Of a stretch of 64,000 nt of DNA, positions 1 through 11,500 are shown in pieces. The stretch spans positions 355,741-419,740 of the forward strand of contig NW_005434656.1 of the NCBI RefSeq assembly GCF_000315625.1, read 5' to 3'. The stretch is from Guillardia theta CCMP2712. Its lineage: Eukaryota; Protista; Cryptophyta. The notes under the pieces are model-generated. The model had not been told where the DNA came from, did no database searches, and worked only from the letters and a program-made list of their open reading frames with translations. Position 1 is the first letter of the stretch, and the number at the start of each line of letters is the position of its first letter. Made by a program: the position numbers and the translations under genes.

Positions 1-313
1 AAGCAAGAATCGAGCAAGAGGGTTTGACGATTCTCGTAGATCACCCTTGTCAACGCTGTACATGATGAGACCCCGTGAACGCCCTCTCCTCACGGACAAA
101 GTCATCGCAGCTACTCGCCAGTGCGACGTCTGTTCCTATACGTGTTTCATATCTTTACAACCTCTGTTATTCTATGTGTTTCATATCTTTACAATCTCCC
201 TAGTTTGCCTGTGACGTCTGTCGGCCGTTACTCATACCGCATCCACTTGGTCTCTCACGCAGCCGCTGTCTCTCTCGTCGCGCTCCTCTCAGTCGACCTC
301 CTCCCTCGTCCCT

Positions 314-2713
314 TCAGCCGTCGCTCGTCACGTCCAGCTTGCTCCTCCCCGTCCTCTGCCTCGCGGCTGATCGCTCGGCGATCAGCGATGGGAGGGGGTC
401 GAGCCGGCGCTTCTGCGTCTGCTCATGGCAGCGAGCGGTCAGGGTCTCCTCGCGCGCGCAGCCTGTCGACCTCTTGGGGCAGCGGCTGCATCGGCATCGG
501 TACCGAGGCTCTCTCGAAGACGATCCGGTAGGCGGGATACGCGCTGGCGCTGTGCTGGAGGAGGCGTGAGGGGGTGGAGGGGCTGCCGGGAGGGGGGAGG
601 GATGGGAGGTACCGGGATGACGAAGATGGAGGGGTCGTGGAGGGTATCGACCATGCTGTGAAAGTGCTGCCCGGGGCTGCCTGCTCGCGTGACACGTGAG
701 AAAGAAGCCAAGACGGGTACAGGAGGTGCACAACCAGGAGGAGGAGGAGGCAGGGGCAGGGGTAGAGGAAGGGGCAGGGGTACAAGGCAGGAATACGGGC
801 AGGGGCCGGGCGCAAGGCTGCCGTACCGGTCGGGTCGACCGGGGGCACAGCACACCAGGAGTGTCCTTGCGCGTATCGTCCCAGCACAACCTGCCACCAG
901 CCGCATCGCTCAGCCCCCCGTCCGCGAGACGTCAGAGGGCTTGACGCACGCGCGCTAGCAGCATGGAGCAGGGCTGATTGGCTCTCGTGTAGCCGCAGTA
1001 GGACAGCGAGTACCTGCGATGGCACGAGCCTCTCACTCCCTCGGTGTTCGCGTCTCGGACTCGGTCGCCTCCTCTTGCTCACCTCGCGTCTCTCGCAAAG
1101 TAGGAGCCTGCCCCGTACACCCTCCCGTTGCTTGAGCCTGCTCGCGGGGCGTGAGAGGACGCATGGCTGCTCGCTGCCGGTGTGCCTGAGAGGGTGACCA
1201 TGAAGCCCTCGCTCATGATGGCGGACTCAGCGTCCTTGTTCTCCCTGCAGCCCCTCGGGCGTCACGCAGCTCGTCTTGTCGGCCCCTCCTCGCCCTCACC
1301 TGGTCCCGTCTCGAGGCTGTACCCCGTGAAAGCCCCAGCGCTCCATGGAGGCGGCACTCCACGCCAGCCCTCGTCTCTCCACGTCGCTGCGCATGCGATC
1401 TCTCTGATGCGCCTGGTCAGTGCCGTCGCCGACAGCTCGCGGGCCCACCTGCGCTTGGTAGAGGCGGCGGAGACCGGAGTTGCGCACGCGGCTGATGCTG
1501 GCGATCCTGAATCTGCGACACGTCGTCGCTGTCAGTCGCTGGTCCGCCCTCGGCGGGCCCTGAGGCCGGGCGTACAGGTACTGGGAGACAGTGGCGTGGA
1601 AGAGGTCGGACACCATCTGGTATTCCTCGCTCTCCCCCGCGAGCTCCTCCGTCAGCTGCTCCTCGTCGCTGAGCTGCGTCAGCCGCGCTGCGGAGAGACG
1701 AGACGGGAGCCTACCTGTCCGACTTCCACAGCCTTCGCGGGTCCCCACAAGCACCCAAGCCCAGCAGAGTCACTCGCGTGCCTTACAGGCCTCTCGCGCT
1801 CTCGCGGCGTCTCTTCCTCCTCGCTCACCAGGGATGTCCGGTCACCGGCGTCTCGCCATCGTACTCAACCTCGTGAGCCCGGCCGTCGAAGGTCTGCAGG
1901 GTGCCGGAGAGAGGCATGTCCTTGGCAAAGCTGCCTTGGAAGATACGGCAGACGTGCTCGCTCTCGTCCAGACACTCGTACACTCCCTGCCAACGTCCCC
2001 ACTCGTCACGCGTCCTCGAGCCCCTTCCTCCTTGCCTCCTCCCGTCACCTCGCCGTCCATCATGTCTTCCCTCCAGCTCCCGCTGTACTGCCAGCTTCGC
2101 GCTCTGTAGAGTCCTTGACCTGAGCGACGCTCGTCACGGCTGGGCGTCGCGGCCTGACGGGGAGCGGCTCCCTCACCATGGCGCTGATCGTGGACGTAGT
2201 CGCCCTCGTAGGAGGAGCCGTCGGGCCAGCGGTAGGTTCCGTGACCATGCCGCTGGCTGCCGCTGATCCCTCCTGCCGCGTCTCTCCGTCAGGTCGCGCT
2301 GCCAGCACGTGCTCACGGGGGTCACCGTGATAGCTCGACCCGTCCGGCCATATCGCTGTCCCTACGCCTTCCATCACCCCGTCGGTGAACCGTCCCGTCA
2401 TCCTGCGGGGAGGTCAGCCTTGGCCTTGGAGGCAGCCTCGCCGTGTCGCTCGCTTGCTCGACGACTCACGTCAGTCCCGACGGGAAGTACATGCTCCCCT
2501 CTCCTGTGAAGGGTCGCTCCCCTTGCTCCCCCTCCCAGCATCTCCCGTCTGGCCAGATTTGCCTGCGCAGGCGGCATGAGGCATGGGGCATGAGGGGAGG
2601 AGGATGGCGTGCCTGACGCGAGCGTGGGGGAGCTTCTCGGAGAAGACGAAGGAAGGAGAGAGGAGGAGCTCGAGGTTGTCAACGTTGACTGCTGTCGTAT
2701 CCACAACCAACAT
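314..2713 (-). CDS. Inverted copy of the MORN-PARP gene, lacking exon 1 (starts at internal Met MLVVDT)
   Basis: Mirror of 3118-5512. No frameshift or stop was found in the exons and the 5-bp indel is intronic. An in-frame TGA lies upstream of ATG 2713. It may be a truncated functional copy or a pseudogene. Confidence 0.7.
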
Positions 2714-2898
2714 TCGCTGCCACAGGTGACGGCAAAGTTCCTTATGGAGGGGTTTCCGATCATATCAGTACCGGTGGTTTGAGAGTGATCATGACGGGTA
2801 GCACGATCTGTTTGTGGGATGCTCCCATCAGTTCACCACCCCCTGTTACACACTCGATTTAACCGGTACTTGCCCCTCACCCGCAAAAGCCTTCATAA

Positions 2899-5512
2899 AT
2901 GCCCCTACCCGATTTCATGCCACATCGAAACCAAAGGTGAACCCCCACTACCTCCTCCCCTCCCCCTCCCCCTCCCCCTCCCCCTTTCCCCTGCATCTCT
3001 TCCTCATCTTGTGAGCGACCTGCCTCTTCCCCTTCCCTTCTCAGATCTCGTTGTTCCATAGCAACTTCTCCCCGTCATGAACCCGCTGACTTTCATGATG
3101 AGAGTGTACGTCAGCGAATGTTGGTTGTGGATACGACAGCAGTCAACGTTGACAACCTCGAGCTCCTCCTCTCTCCTTCCTTCGTCTTCTCCGAGAAGCT
3201 CCCCCACGCTCGCGTCAGGCACGCCATCCTCCTCCCCTCATGCCCCATGCCTCATGCCGCCTGCGCAGGCAAATCTGGCCAGACGGGAGATGCTGGGAGG
3301 GGGAGCAAGGGGAGCGACCCTTCACAGGAGAGGGGAGCATGTACTTCCCGTCGGGACTGACGTGAGTCGTCGAGCAAGCGAGCGACACGGCGAGGCTGCC
3401 TCCAAGGCCAAGGCTGACCTCCCCGCAGGATGACGGGACGGTTCACCGACGGGGTGATGGAAGGCGTAGGGACGGCGATATGGCCGGACGGGTCGAGCTA
3501 TCACGGTGACCCCCATGAGCATGTGCTGGCAGCGCGACCTGACGGAGAGACGCGGCAGGAGGGATCAGCGGCAGCCAGCGGCATGGTCACGGAACCTACC
3601 GCTGGCCCGACGGCTCCTCCTACGAGGGCGACTACGTCCACGATCAGCGCCATGGTGAGGGAGCCGCTCCCCGTCAGGCCGCGACCCCCAGCCGTGACGA
3701 GCGTCGCTCAGGTCAAGGACTCTACAGAGCGCGAAGCTGGCAGTACAGCGGGAGCTGGAGGGAAGACATGATGGACGGCGAGGTGACGGGAGGAGGAAAG
3801 GAGGAAGGGGCTCGAGGACGCGTGACGAGTGGGGGTGTTGGCAGGGAGTGTACGAGTGTCTGGACGAGAGCGAGCACGTCTGCCGTATCTTCCAAGGCAG
3901 CTTTGCCAAGGACATGCCTCTCTCCGGCACCCTGCAGACCTCCGACGGCCGGGCTCTCGAGGTTGAGTACGATGGCGAGACGCCGGTGACCGGACATCCC
4001 TGGTGAGCGAGGAGGAAGAGACGCCGCGAGAGTGCGAGAGGCCTGTAAGGCACGCGAGTGACTCTGCTGGGCTTGGGTGCTTGTGGGGACCCGCGAAGGC
4101 TGTGGAAGTCGGACAGGTAGGCTCCCGTCTCGTCTCTCCGCAGCTGACGCAGCTCAGCGACGAGGAGCAGCTGACGGAGGAGCTCGCGGGGGAGAGCGAG
4201 GAATACCAGATGGTGTCCGACCTCTTCCACGCCACTGTCTCCCAGTACCTGTACGCCCGGCCTCAGGGCCCGCCGAGGGCGGACCAGCGACTGACAGCGA
4301 CGACGTGTCGCAGATTCAGGATCGCCAGCATCAGCCGCGTGCGCAACTCCGGTCTCCGCCGCCTCTACCAAGCGCAGGTGGGCCCGCGAGCTGTCGGCGA
4401 CGGCTCTGACCAGGCGCATCAGAGAGATCGCATGCGCAGCGACGTGGAGAGACGAGGGCTGGCGTGGAGTGCCGCCTCCATGGAGCGCTGGGGCTTTCAC
4501 GGGGTACAGCCTCGAGACGGGACCAGGTGAGGGCGAGGAGGGGCCGACAAGACGAGCTGCGTGACGCCCGAGGGGCTGCAGGGAGAACAAGGACGCTGAG
4601 TCCGCCATCATGAGCGAGGGCTTCATGGTCACCCTCTCAGGCACACCGGCAGCGAGCAGCCATACGTCCTCTCACGCCCCGCGAGCAGGCTCAAGCAACG
4701 GGAGGGTGTACGGGGCAGGCTCCTACTTTGCGAGAGACGCGAGGTGAGCAAGAGGAGGCGACTGAGTCCGAGACGCGAACACCGAGGGAGTGAGAGGCTC
4801 GTGCCATCGCAGGTACTCGCTGTCCTACTGCGGCTACACGAGAGCCAATCAGCCCTGCTCCATGCTGCTAGCGCGCGTGCGTCAAGCCCTCTGACGTCTC
4901 GCGGACGGGGGGCTGAGCGATGCGGCTGGTGGCAGGTTGTGCTGGGACGATACGCGCAAGGACACTCCTGGTGTGCTGTGCCCCCGGTCGACCCGACCGG
5001 TACGGCAGCCTTGCGCCAGGCCCCTGCCCGTATTCCTGCCTTGTACCCCTGCCCCTTCCTCTACCCCTGCCCCTGCCTCCTCCTCCTCCTGGTTGTGCAC
5101 CTCCTGTACCCGTCTTGGCTTCTTTCTCACGTGTCACGCGAGCAGGCAGCCCCGGGCAGCACTTTCACAGCATGGTCGATACCCTCCACGACCCCTCCAT
5201 CTTCGTCATCCCGGTACCTCCCCTCCCTCCCCCCTCCCGGCAGCCCCTCCACCCCCTCACGCCTCCTCCAGCACAGCGCCAGCGCGTATCCCGCCTACCG
5301 GATCGTCTTCGAGAGAGCCTCGGTACCGATGCCGATGCAGCCGCTGCCCCGAGAGGTCGAGAGGCTGCGCGCGCGAGGAGACCCTGACCGCTCGCTGCCA
5401 TGAGCAGACGCAGAAGCGCCGGCTCGACCCCCTCCCATCGCTGATCGCCGAGCGATCAGCCGCGAGGCAGAGGACGGGGAGGAGCAAGCTGGACGTGACG
5501 AGCGACGGCTGA
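2899..5512 (+). CDS. MORN-repeat protein with C-terminal PARP-type (mono-)ADP-ribosyltransferase domain, full-length copy, multi-exon
   Basis: Spliced reading gives MORN-like units (IWPDGRCWEG, GVGTAIWPDGSSYHG, HGHGTYRWPDGSSYEGDY, GQGLYRARSWQYSGSWREDMMDGEG). These are followed by PARP motifs EYQMVSDLF, SISRVRN, ERWGFHG, GRVYGAGSYFARDARYS, VVLGRY, HSMVDTLHDPSIFVI and AYPAYRIVF. Exon 1 (ATG 2899-2936) lies in the spacer. Confidence 0.85.
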
Positions 5513-5629
5513 AGGGACGAGGGAGGAGGTCGACTGAGAGGAGCGCGACGAGAGAGACAGCGGCTGCGTGAGAGACCAAGTGGATGCGGTATGAGTAACG
5601 GCCGACAGACGTCACGGGCAAACTAGGGA

Positions 5630-5731
5630 GATTGTAAAGATATGAAACACATAGAATAACAGAGGTTATAAAGATATGAAACACGTATAGGAACAGAGGT
5701 TGTAAAGAAATGAAACACGTATAGGAACAGA
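5630..5731. repeat. 34-bp AT-rich tandem repeat (3 units in right arm; 2 units at ~130-195 in left arm)
   Basis: Unit ~CTGTTCCTATACGTGTTTCATATCTTTACAACCT. Copy number differs between the arms. Confidence 0.85.
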
Positions 5732-5794
5732 CGTCGCACTGGCGAGCAGCTGCGATGACTTTGTCCGTGAGGAGAGGGCGTTCACGGGGTCTCA

Positions 5795-8700
5795 TCATGT
5801 ACAGCGTTGACAAGGGTGATCTACGAGAATCGTCAAACCCTCTCGTCTGATGCTCGTTCCTTCACACATCTTTCCTTTCTGTGTCCTTTCTTCTCTCCCT
5901 TCCTCCTTGTCAGCCCTTTCATCCTCTTGTTCTAGCTTGCCTCTTTCCCGTTTTTTCGTCACCTCGTTGTTCCAGTCCTCTTCCTATCCATCTCAAAGCA
6001 CTAGTCCTCTGCCCCTCTTCTCTCTGCTCCTCCTCTCCTCTCCTCCCTACCTGATGGATCGAGCTCCTCCTTCGTTCATCATTGCAGAGCACCTCTACTA
6101 CAACCACGCTGGAGCTCGGCCGTCTCTGAGCAAGAGGACATCAGGGCCAGCAGACGGTAGACATCAACACGAACCTCTCGGAGGTTTTCTGACGAGTTTT
6201 CTTCCACACCGACTTTTCTCCTGCTTGAGAACCAGGAGATTCCTTTCTTGGCTTCCTTCTCGTTCTCGCCGCCTTCCTTCTTCGTCTTTCCCTCCTTGTC
6301 ATTCTTCTTCTTGTCCTCCTCCTCGTCGTCCTCCACCTGAAGGTCCTGCACCTGATCTGTGACCGCCTGTTCTTGTGATAGCTTGCTCAACAAGCCCTGC
6401 AAGAGATGTCGCCTCAGTCGAGGGACAGGATCGACTTTAGACTCACTGTGATAAGTTTCATGGCAGAGGCCACTTGCCCGACGAGACTGGAGATGAGCAT
6501 CGGGACGAGAGAGAGGAGCGAGAGGGCGAGGAACGACTTGTCAAGGGAAGGTTGAGATAGAAGTCCTTGTGTGTAGGAGCAGATCACGGCTGCGATTCCC
6601 AATCTTGCCATGCTCGCCTTCAGGGACACGCGCGTCAGTGACAGGGAGAGAGCAATAGGGGAGATGAAGCAAAGAGAGAGGGAGAGAAGGAGAGAGGGCG
6701 AGGAGAGAGGGAGGGAAGAGAGGGAGGGGATGGATTGATGGAGTGAGTGAGTGAGTGAGTGAGTGAGTGAGTGAGTGAGTGAGTGAGTGAGTGAGTGAGT
6801 GAGTGAGTGAGTGAGTGAGTGAGTGAGTGAGTGAGTGAGTGAGTGAGTGAGTGAGTGAGTGAGTGAGTGAGTGAGGGAGGGAGGGAGAACGAGAGAGAGG
6901 GAGGGAGGGAGGGACTTGAGAGGGAGGGACGGAGGAGTTCAGGAGCGGAACCTCGAGCTGCTTGATGAACTCGAACCAGTCGTCTTGAGGATGGAGCAGG
7001 AGGATGATCAACAGCTCGATGGTGTAGACGGTGATACACAGGGCTGAGTTGAGATGCCCGTTGGAGGCGAAGCCAATGATGAGGCCGATGATCAGCTTGG
7101 TCCCGATGCCGAACAAGCCGAACCACCAGGCTCGGCCATGGTTGCCCTCTATGAGGACCCCGTACCTGTCCATGAACCTCTCGTGCAGTATGCTCCTCTC
7201 CTCCCTCACTTCCGCCACCTTCCACGACCCTCGCATCCTCAGCTGGTTCAGGGAGCTCGTGAAGCTCTGACCCTTGCCCAGCACGCCCTTGCCCTCCGGG
7301 TTCCTCAAGGTGACGAGGAAGGTCTGGAGGTTCTCGCGGAAGGAGACGTCCTTCCATGCTACCGTCTGCTTCTTCACTCCCTCGAACGAGATGAACACAA
7401 AGAAGGCAAAGGCGCCGAGGAGGAAGAGGAAGAGGAAGCTGCCTGCTATCTGATACTCGGCGCACCTGCTCGCCATGGCGCTGGAGGCAGCGAGTGAGAG
7501 ACCCTGGAACTGGGCGACGAAGACAGTGAGCTCCCACTTAGGGAAGGGGATGGGAGTTTCTTTCATGTCCTTCCCGTCCAGCCTCTTCTTGTACTTGATC
7601 GCCTCCACGACGAGCGACCGGACAGCCACGACGACCAAGGAGACCAGGAAACACATGAGGACTGTGGAGAAGAATTCGTAGGGCGAGTTGTGTGCTACCA
7701 GGCAGTCGGCAGCACCTCGTCGGGCTGGGAGGGAGGAGTTGTGCGAGTAGAAGGCGAAGAGCTTGAAGTTGGACCAGGACAAGCCGTCTGAAAGCGCCTT
7801 CACCCCATCCGACTGATCCCTTCCTCCGATCCCACCGGCCAGCGCGACGAACTGAGTCTGGAAGATGAGGCTCATGACTGCCGCGCCCGACGCTCCTCCC
7901 CCGCCGGTGCCTGCGGAGCCGGAGGAGGCCATGGAGGAGGAGACGGCGCCTCCTACACTCGCCCCAACACTGTTGGCAACTGCCGTGGCCACGATGACGG
8001 CGACCGCAGCAGTGACAACCTTGCTGGCTGTCTGCATGCTCTGCTTGATATCCTTGAGAACAACCTGTTCGGACAGACACTGCATCTTGTCCTCCAGTGA
8101 GGATTTGGTGTAGCCATCCATGCACTCGCACATCGCGATGGAGCTGCTGAGAGCTGGAGAGCTGGAGAAGGCAGGGCATCGAGTGCAGAGAGAGTCAGTG
8201 ACGTTAACGAAGGCGTCAGAGACGGAGCCAGCAGGGCAGGAGGAGCATACGAACTGTTCTACCTCCATCTTCTTGCTCGTCAGGTTCCTTAGGATACCCT
8301 CAGTGTCCGAGTAAGAGCCCTCACCGCAGGAGACGCAGGATGGGCACTTTGGGAGGAGGGACCGCCGGTCCTGAAGGCTCCCAGTCAATACTTCCCCCTC
8401 CTTGAGAGGGGGCTCGCACTGGAGGGGGTTGCTGGTCATGGAGACGTAGTGCATCTTGAGGTCTTTTAGGGTGGATCCGTCCATGCAGGTGAGACTGTTC
8501 TGGTCGAGGTAGAGGTACTTGAGGTTGGTCATGTTCTTGAAGAGAGCCGGGGGGACCATGGAGATGGAGTTGTGCTGCAGGGACATCATGAGCACGTTGT
8601 AGAGCTTGTCGAAGCACCCCTCGCCGAAGGATGCGATCTTGTTGTCCATGAGCTCGACGATTTGCAAGGAGCTGGCGGTGTCGAACAATCCCTTCTGCAA

Positions 8701-10092
8701 GGAGGCTATCCTGTTGCTGGACGCCCGGAACGTGAGGAGCTGCTTGGTACCGGCGAACAGGCCGTCAGGGAGCGAAGGCAGGCTGTTGTTGTAGAGGCTG
8801 AGGTACTGGAGGCTCGTCATAGAGGAGAAGACTCGTGGGTCGATCTCCACCATCCCATTCCCATCGAGTGTGAGCGTGTAGATCCAGGAAGGGAAGGACA
8901 TCCCGTCGTAGCTGAGCCGAGTGATGCGGTTCTTGTCTAGAACCAGTGTCTGCACGTACTCCATGCTTGACAGGGCACTGTAGGGAACTGCCGCCAGCTC
9001 GTTGCCTGTGAGGTCAAGCCTCTCGACGTTGAAGCCCTTGAACACGTTAGCATCCAGGTTCTTGATCCCCTGTCTGGACAAGTCCAGGTAGGTGCAAGAT
9101 GCGCACTCTCCGTACTGCCTGAGAGTTCCCAGCTCGTCGAGGCTGAAGGAGCAGCACTGCAGCCGGATGATCTTGACCTGCGGGATACAGAGCGAGTTGC
9201 CGACCGTTGGCTTGTACGTCCCCTCGGAGCAGGCGGAGCAAGAGAGCGGCGAGACGCCACCATACCCGATGTTGCACTGGCACTTGTCCAGCGACATGCT
9301 GCCGTTGGGGGAAGTGGAGAAAGGCGGGCACGAGGGGCATGATGAGGTCACGTTACCGGCGATGTTGGAGAACATCCCACTGGGACATGCAGGGCAGCCG
9401 TAGAGCGTCGTTGAAGCTGCAGTAGCATTCTTGAAGTAGGTTCCTTCTCTGCACGACAAGCAGGACGGGCAGGTGGGATACTGCTGGGCCGAGTTGAACT
9501 GTAAGACATTCAGCGACACTGCAGGCACGCAGTTCATGGGGTTGCCGTTGAGGGAAACAAGGTTGAGTTTCAAGCTGTTCTCGAATGCAAGGCCGTCAAT
9601 GCAGGAAAACTTGTTGTTGTTGATGTAGATCTGAATGAGGGAGGACAAGGACTTGAAAGTCCTTGCTGACACGCTCGTCAACTGATTGTACTGGAGGCTC
9701 AAGACAGTCAGCTGCTTGAGCGAATCGAAGATCCCGTCAGGAAGGGCCGATATCTGGTTGCTGTCGAGGTAGAGGGCTTGCAGGCTGGTGAGGTCATCGA
9801 ACAAGCCGGCAGGAAGTGACGTGATCGAGTTGTAGTTGAGGTACAGGGTAAGCAGCGACGTCATCCCAGAGAACGCTAATCTATCAACAGATACGATGTT
9901 GTGCTCCGACAGACTGATCATAGTGCACTGCCCCGTAAGGTTTCCTTTCCTCGAGAGAGTTCCGTTGGAATCCAAAGTGAACGTGGCACAGCTCTGCTCG
10001 ATGACAGTCTGGGCGCAGCATGGAAAGGCGATAATGACAAGAAGGAAACACTTGAGTTGCGTGGCTGAGCTGTGTCTTTGATGAAGAAGCAT
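5795..10092 (-). CDS. LRR + cysteine-rich (ephrin-receptor-like/GCC2) multipass membrane receptor-like protein
   Basis: Signal-like N-terminus, two LxxLxLxxNxI LRR blocks each followed by CxxCxxGxY/F repeats, a Gly/Ala/Ser-rich hydrophobic segment and several TM helices. The first exon is 10092-6952. Short downstream exons end ...DHPCQRCT* at 5795 (3' exons less certain). Confidence 0.85.
6741..6874. repeat. (GAGT)n/(ACTC)n microsatellite in intron of the LRR gene
   Basis: About 33 perfect tetranucleotide units. They explain the spurious HSLT-repeat tail in the ORF track. Confidence 0.97.
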
Positions 10093-11500
10093 TCTATTGC
10101 AAGATTCACTTTTAGTTCTTCTCGACGCCCTGACATCGGTGTTAGGTCGAATAAACAGAACTGAGCTACCAAATATCAATCAGTCAATTTCCTTCTTAGC
10201 CCCTTTCTCTCTCGCTGATTGCTGATGTTCTCCATATTCATTAAGGACACATCGCACTATACCCTGATCTTTCATCTCTTTCTTTCTTCTTCTCCACGTC
10301 ATCCTCGTCCTCCTCGACCTCTTCAAGCTCCTAAAGCTCTGCGTCCTTCTCATGGTTCTCATCCACTTCCCCTCCTTCTTGCCCTTATGCTTTTCCGTGT
10401 CCTCAGCATTCGCCATTTCTCTTCCTTCCTCGCAATACTCGTCCTCCTCACCTCCTCGTCCTCATCCTCCTACTCGTCTTCCTCGTCCTGCTTTGCCCTC
10501 CCCCCAGATGTACCTCGTCGTTACTTTACTCCTCTCGTCAGCAAAACATTCTTGTAAACTCCAAAAGATGTCTTTTGACAACATTTGATTATTTCTTTTT
10601 AAAAGACCCCCCCAAGCCTAGTAATAAATCCACCCACCCCCTACTCTGGTCATTGATCACATGTGTTTTTAGCCCTTCGTTGCCCCACCCCCTCAGGGAC
10701 AATTTCCCATTCCCACTCATCTCACTACCCCCAGTAGATACTGAAATGACCCCCTTTTTCCGCAGGGTTATCCCCACTTCTAGTACCCACCACCCTCCAT
10801 TCCTCACTCGGTTTGCTCCAGCGCTCCAACTCCTTCCAGTCAAAAGAACGAGCCCAAAAAACGATATGTAACGGATATAACGGTCAATACGCAACGGAGA
10901 AGTAACGTCGTAATAACATCTAGGCGGCTGTTCACGAAGAGGCAGCAGTTCCAGCGGCAAGCATGGATCGCAGGGCAGCAGGAGCGAGGAAGTAAAGAGA
11001 TTGGGATCCATGGATGACCTTGGGAGGATAGAGGCAATTTTTTCTCAGTGAAGGGAGAGAAGAATGAAGTGAGACTAAGAAGGTGGCTGGTTGAGGTAGA
11101 TGTGTAGGATATCTGGGGGAGATGCAGCATAGGATGCGGTGCTCACGTTAGGAACGAATTGAGAATGGTTATGTTGCCTTATCAAGGAGCAACAGAGGAT
11201 CACCTCGGTTAACCTTGGATAGCCTGATGGATAAGTCCATTCTTAAATGTGTAAAATCTGGACAGCTGAATTGAGTTCGCGAAGTTCGTAGAAGCGGTGT
11301 ACGTTGTTTCAATTCTCTTGGTCAATATATGTATGATTCATCATAGGGTGTGGAAGAATTCCTTTCCGTATCTTATGAACATGTGGTGAAGTTACAAGAA
11401 AGTGTTATGATCCATGGTAGCTGTGACATACTGCTTATTCGAAATGTGTTGCCTTCAACACTTGTGTAGCTGGTTTATGCATCTGACCATTTGTGATCAG

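Larger units (their letters stand above)
17..5843. repeat. Long inverted duplication: left arm 17-2719, spacer 2720-3111, right arm 3112-5843
   Basis: The arms are reverse complements end to end (AGAGGGTTTGACG at 17 vs CGTCAAACCCTCT ending 5843; CATTCGCTG ending 2719 vs CAGCGAATG from 3112). They differ by scattered SNPs, a 5-bp indel and one extra 34-bp tandem unit (2703 vs 2732 bp). The ORF track mirrors itself. Confidence 0.97.

Noticed and set aside
130-195. 34-bp repeats as a CRISPR array
   Set aside because: The units are directly tandem without unique spacers, the context is eukaryotic, and no cas genes are present.
5401-5460. TGA at 5401 followed by a 9-bp hairpin (GCTGATCGC/GCGATCAGC) as a SECIS/readthrough signal
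   Set aside because: The TGA lies inside a predicted GT..CTGAC..CAG intron, the hairpin is in the coding last exon, and there is no SECIS core.
121-5813. Many overlapping 100-360 aa ORFs in the ORF track (e.g. 1182-2123, 3565-4644)
   Set aside because: They are antisense or off-frame shadows of the GC-rich spliced MORN-PARP gene.
17-5843. Inverted arms as terminal inverted repeats of a transposon
   Set aside because: The arms consist of an intron-containing cellular-type gene, the 392-bp interior has no transposase, and no target-site duplication is evident.
6541-6951. HSLT-repeat C-terminus of the 1212-aa ORF
   Set aside because: It is read-through into an intron containing the (ACTC)n microsatellite. 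Splice sites at 6951 and 6618 restore a TM-coding frame.
10180-10588. Short charged ORFs upstream of the LRR gene
   Set aside because: Low-complexity purine/pyrimidine tract, probably UTR intron or intergenic, with no motifs.
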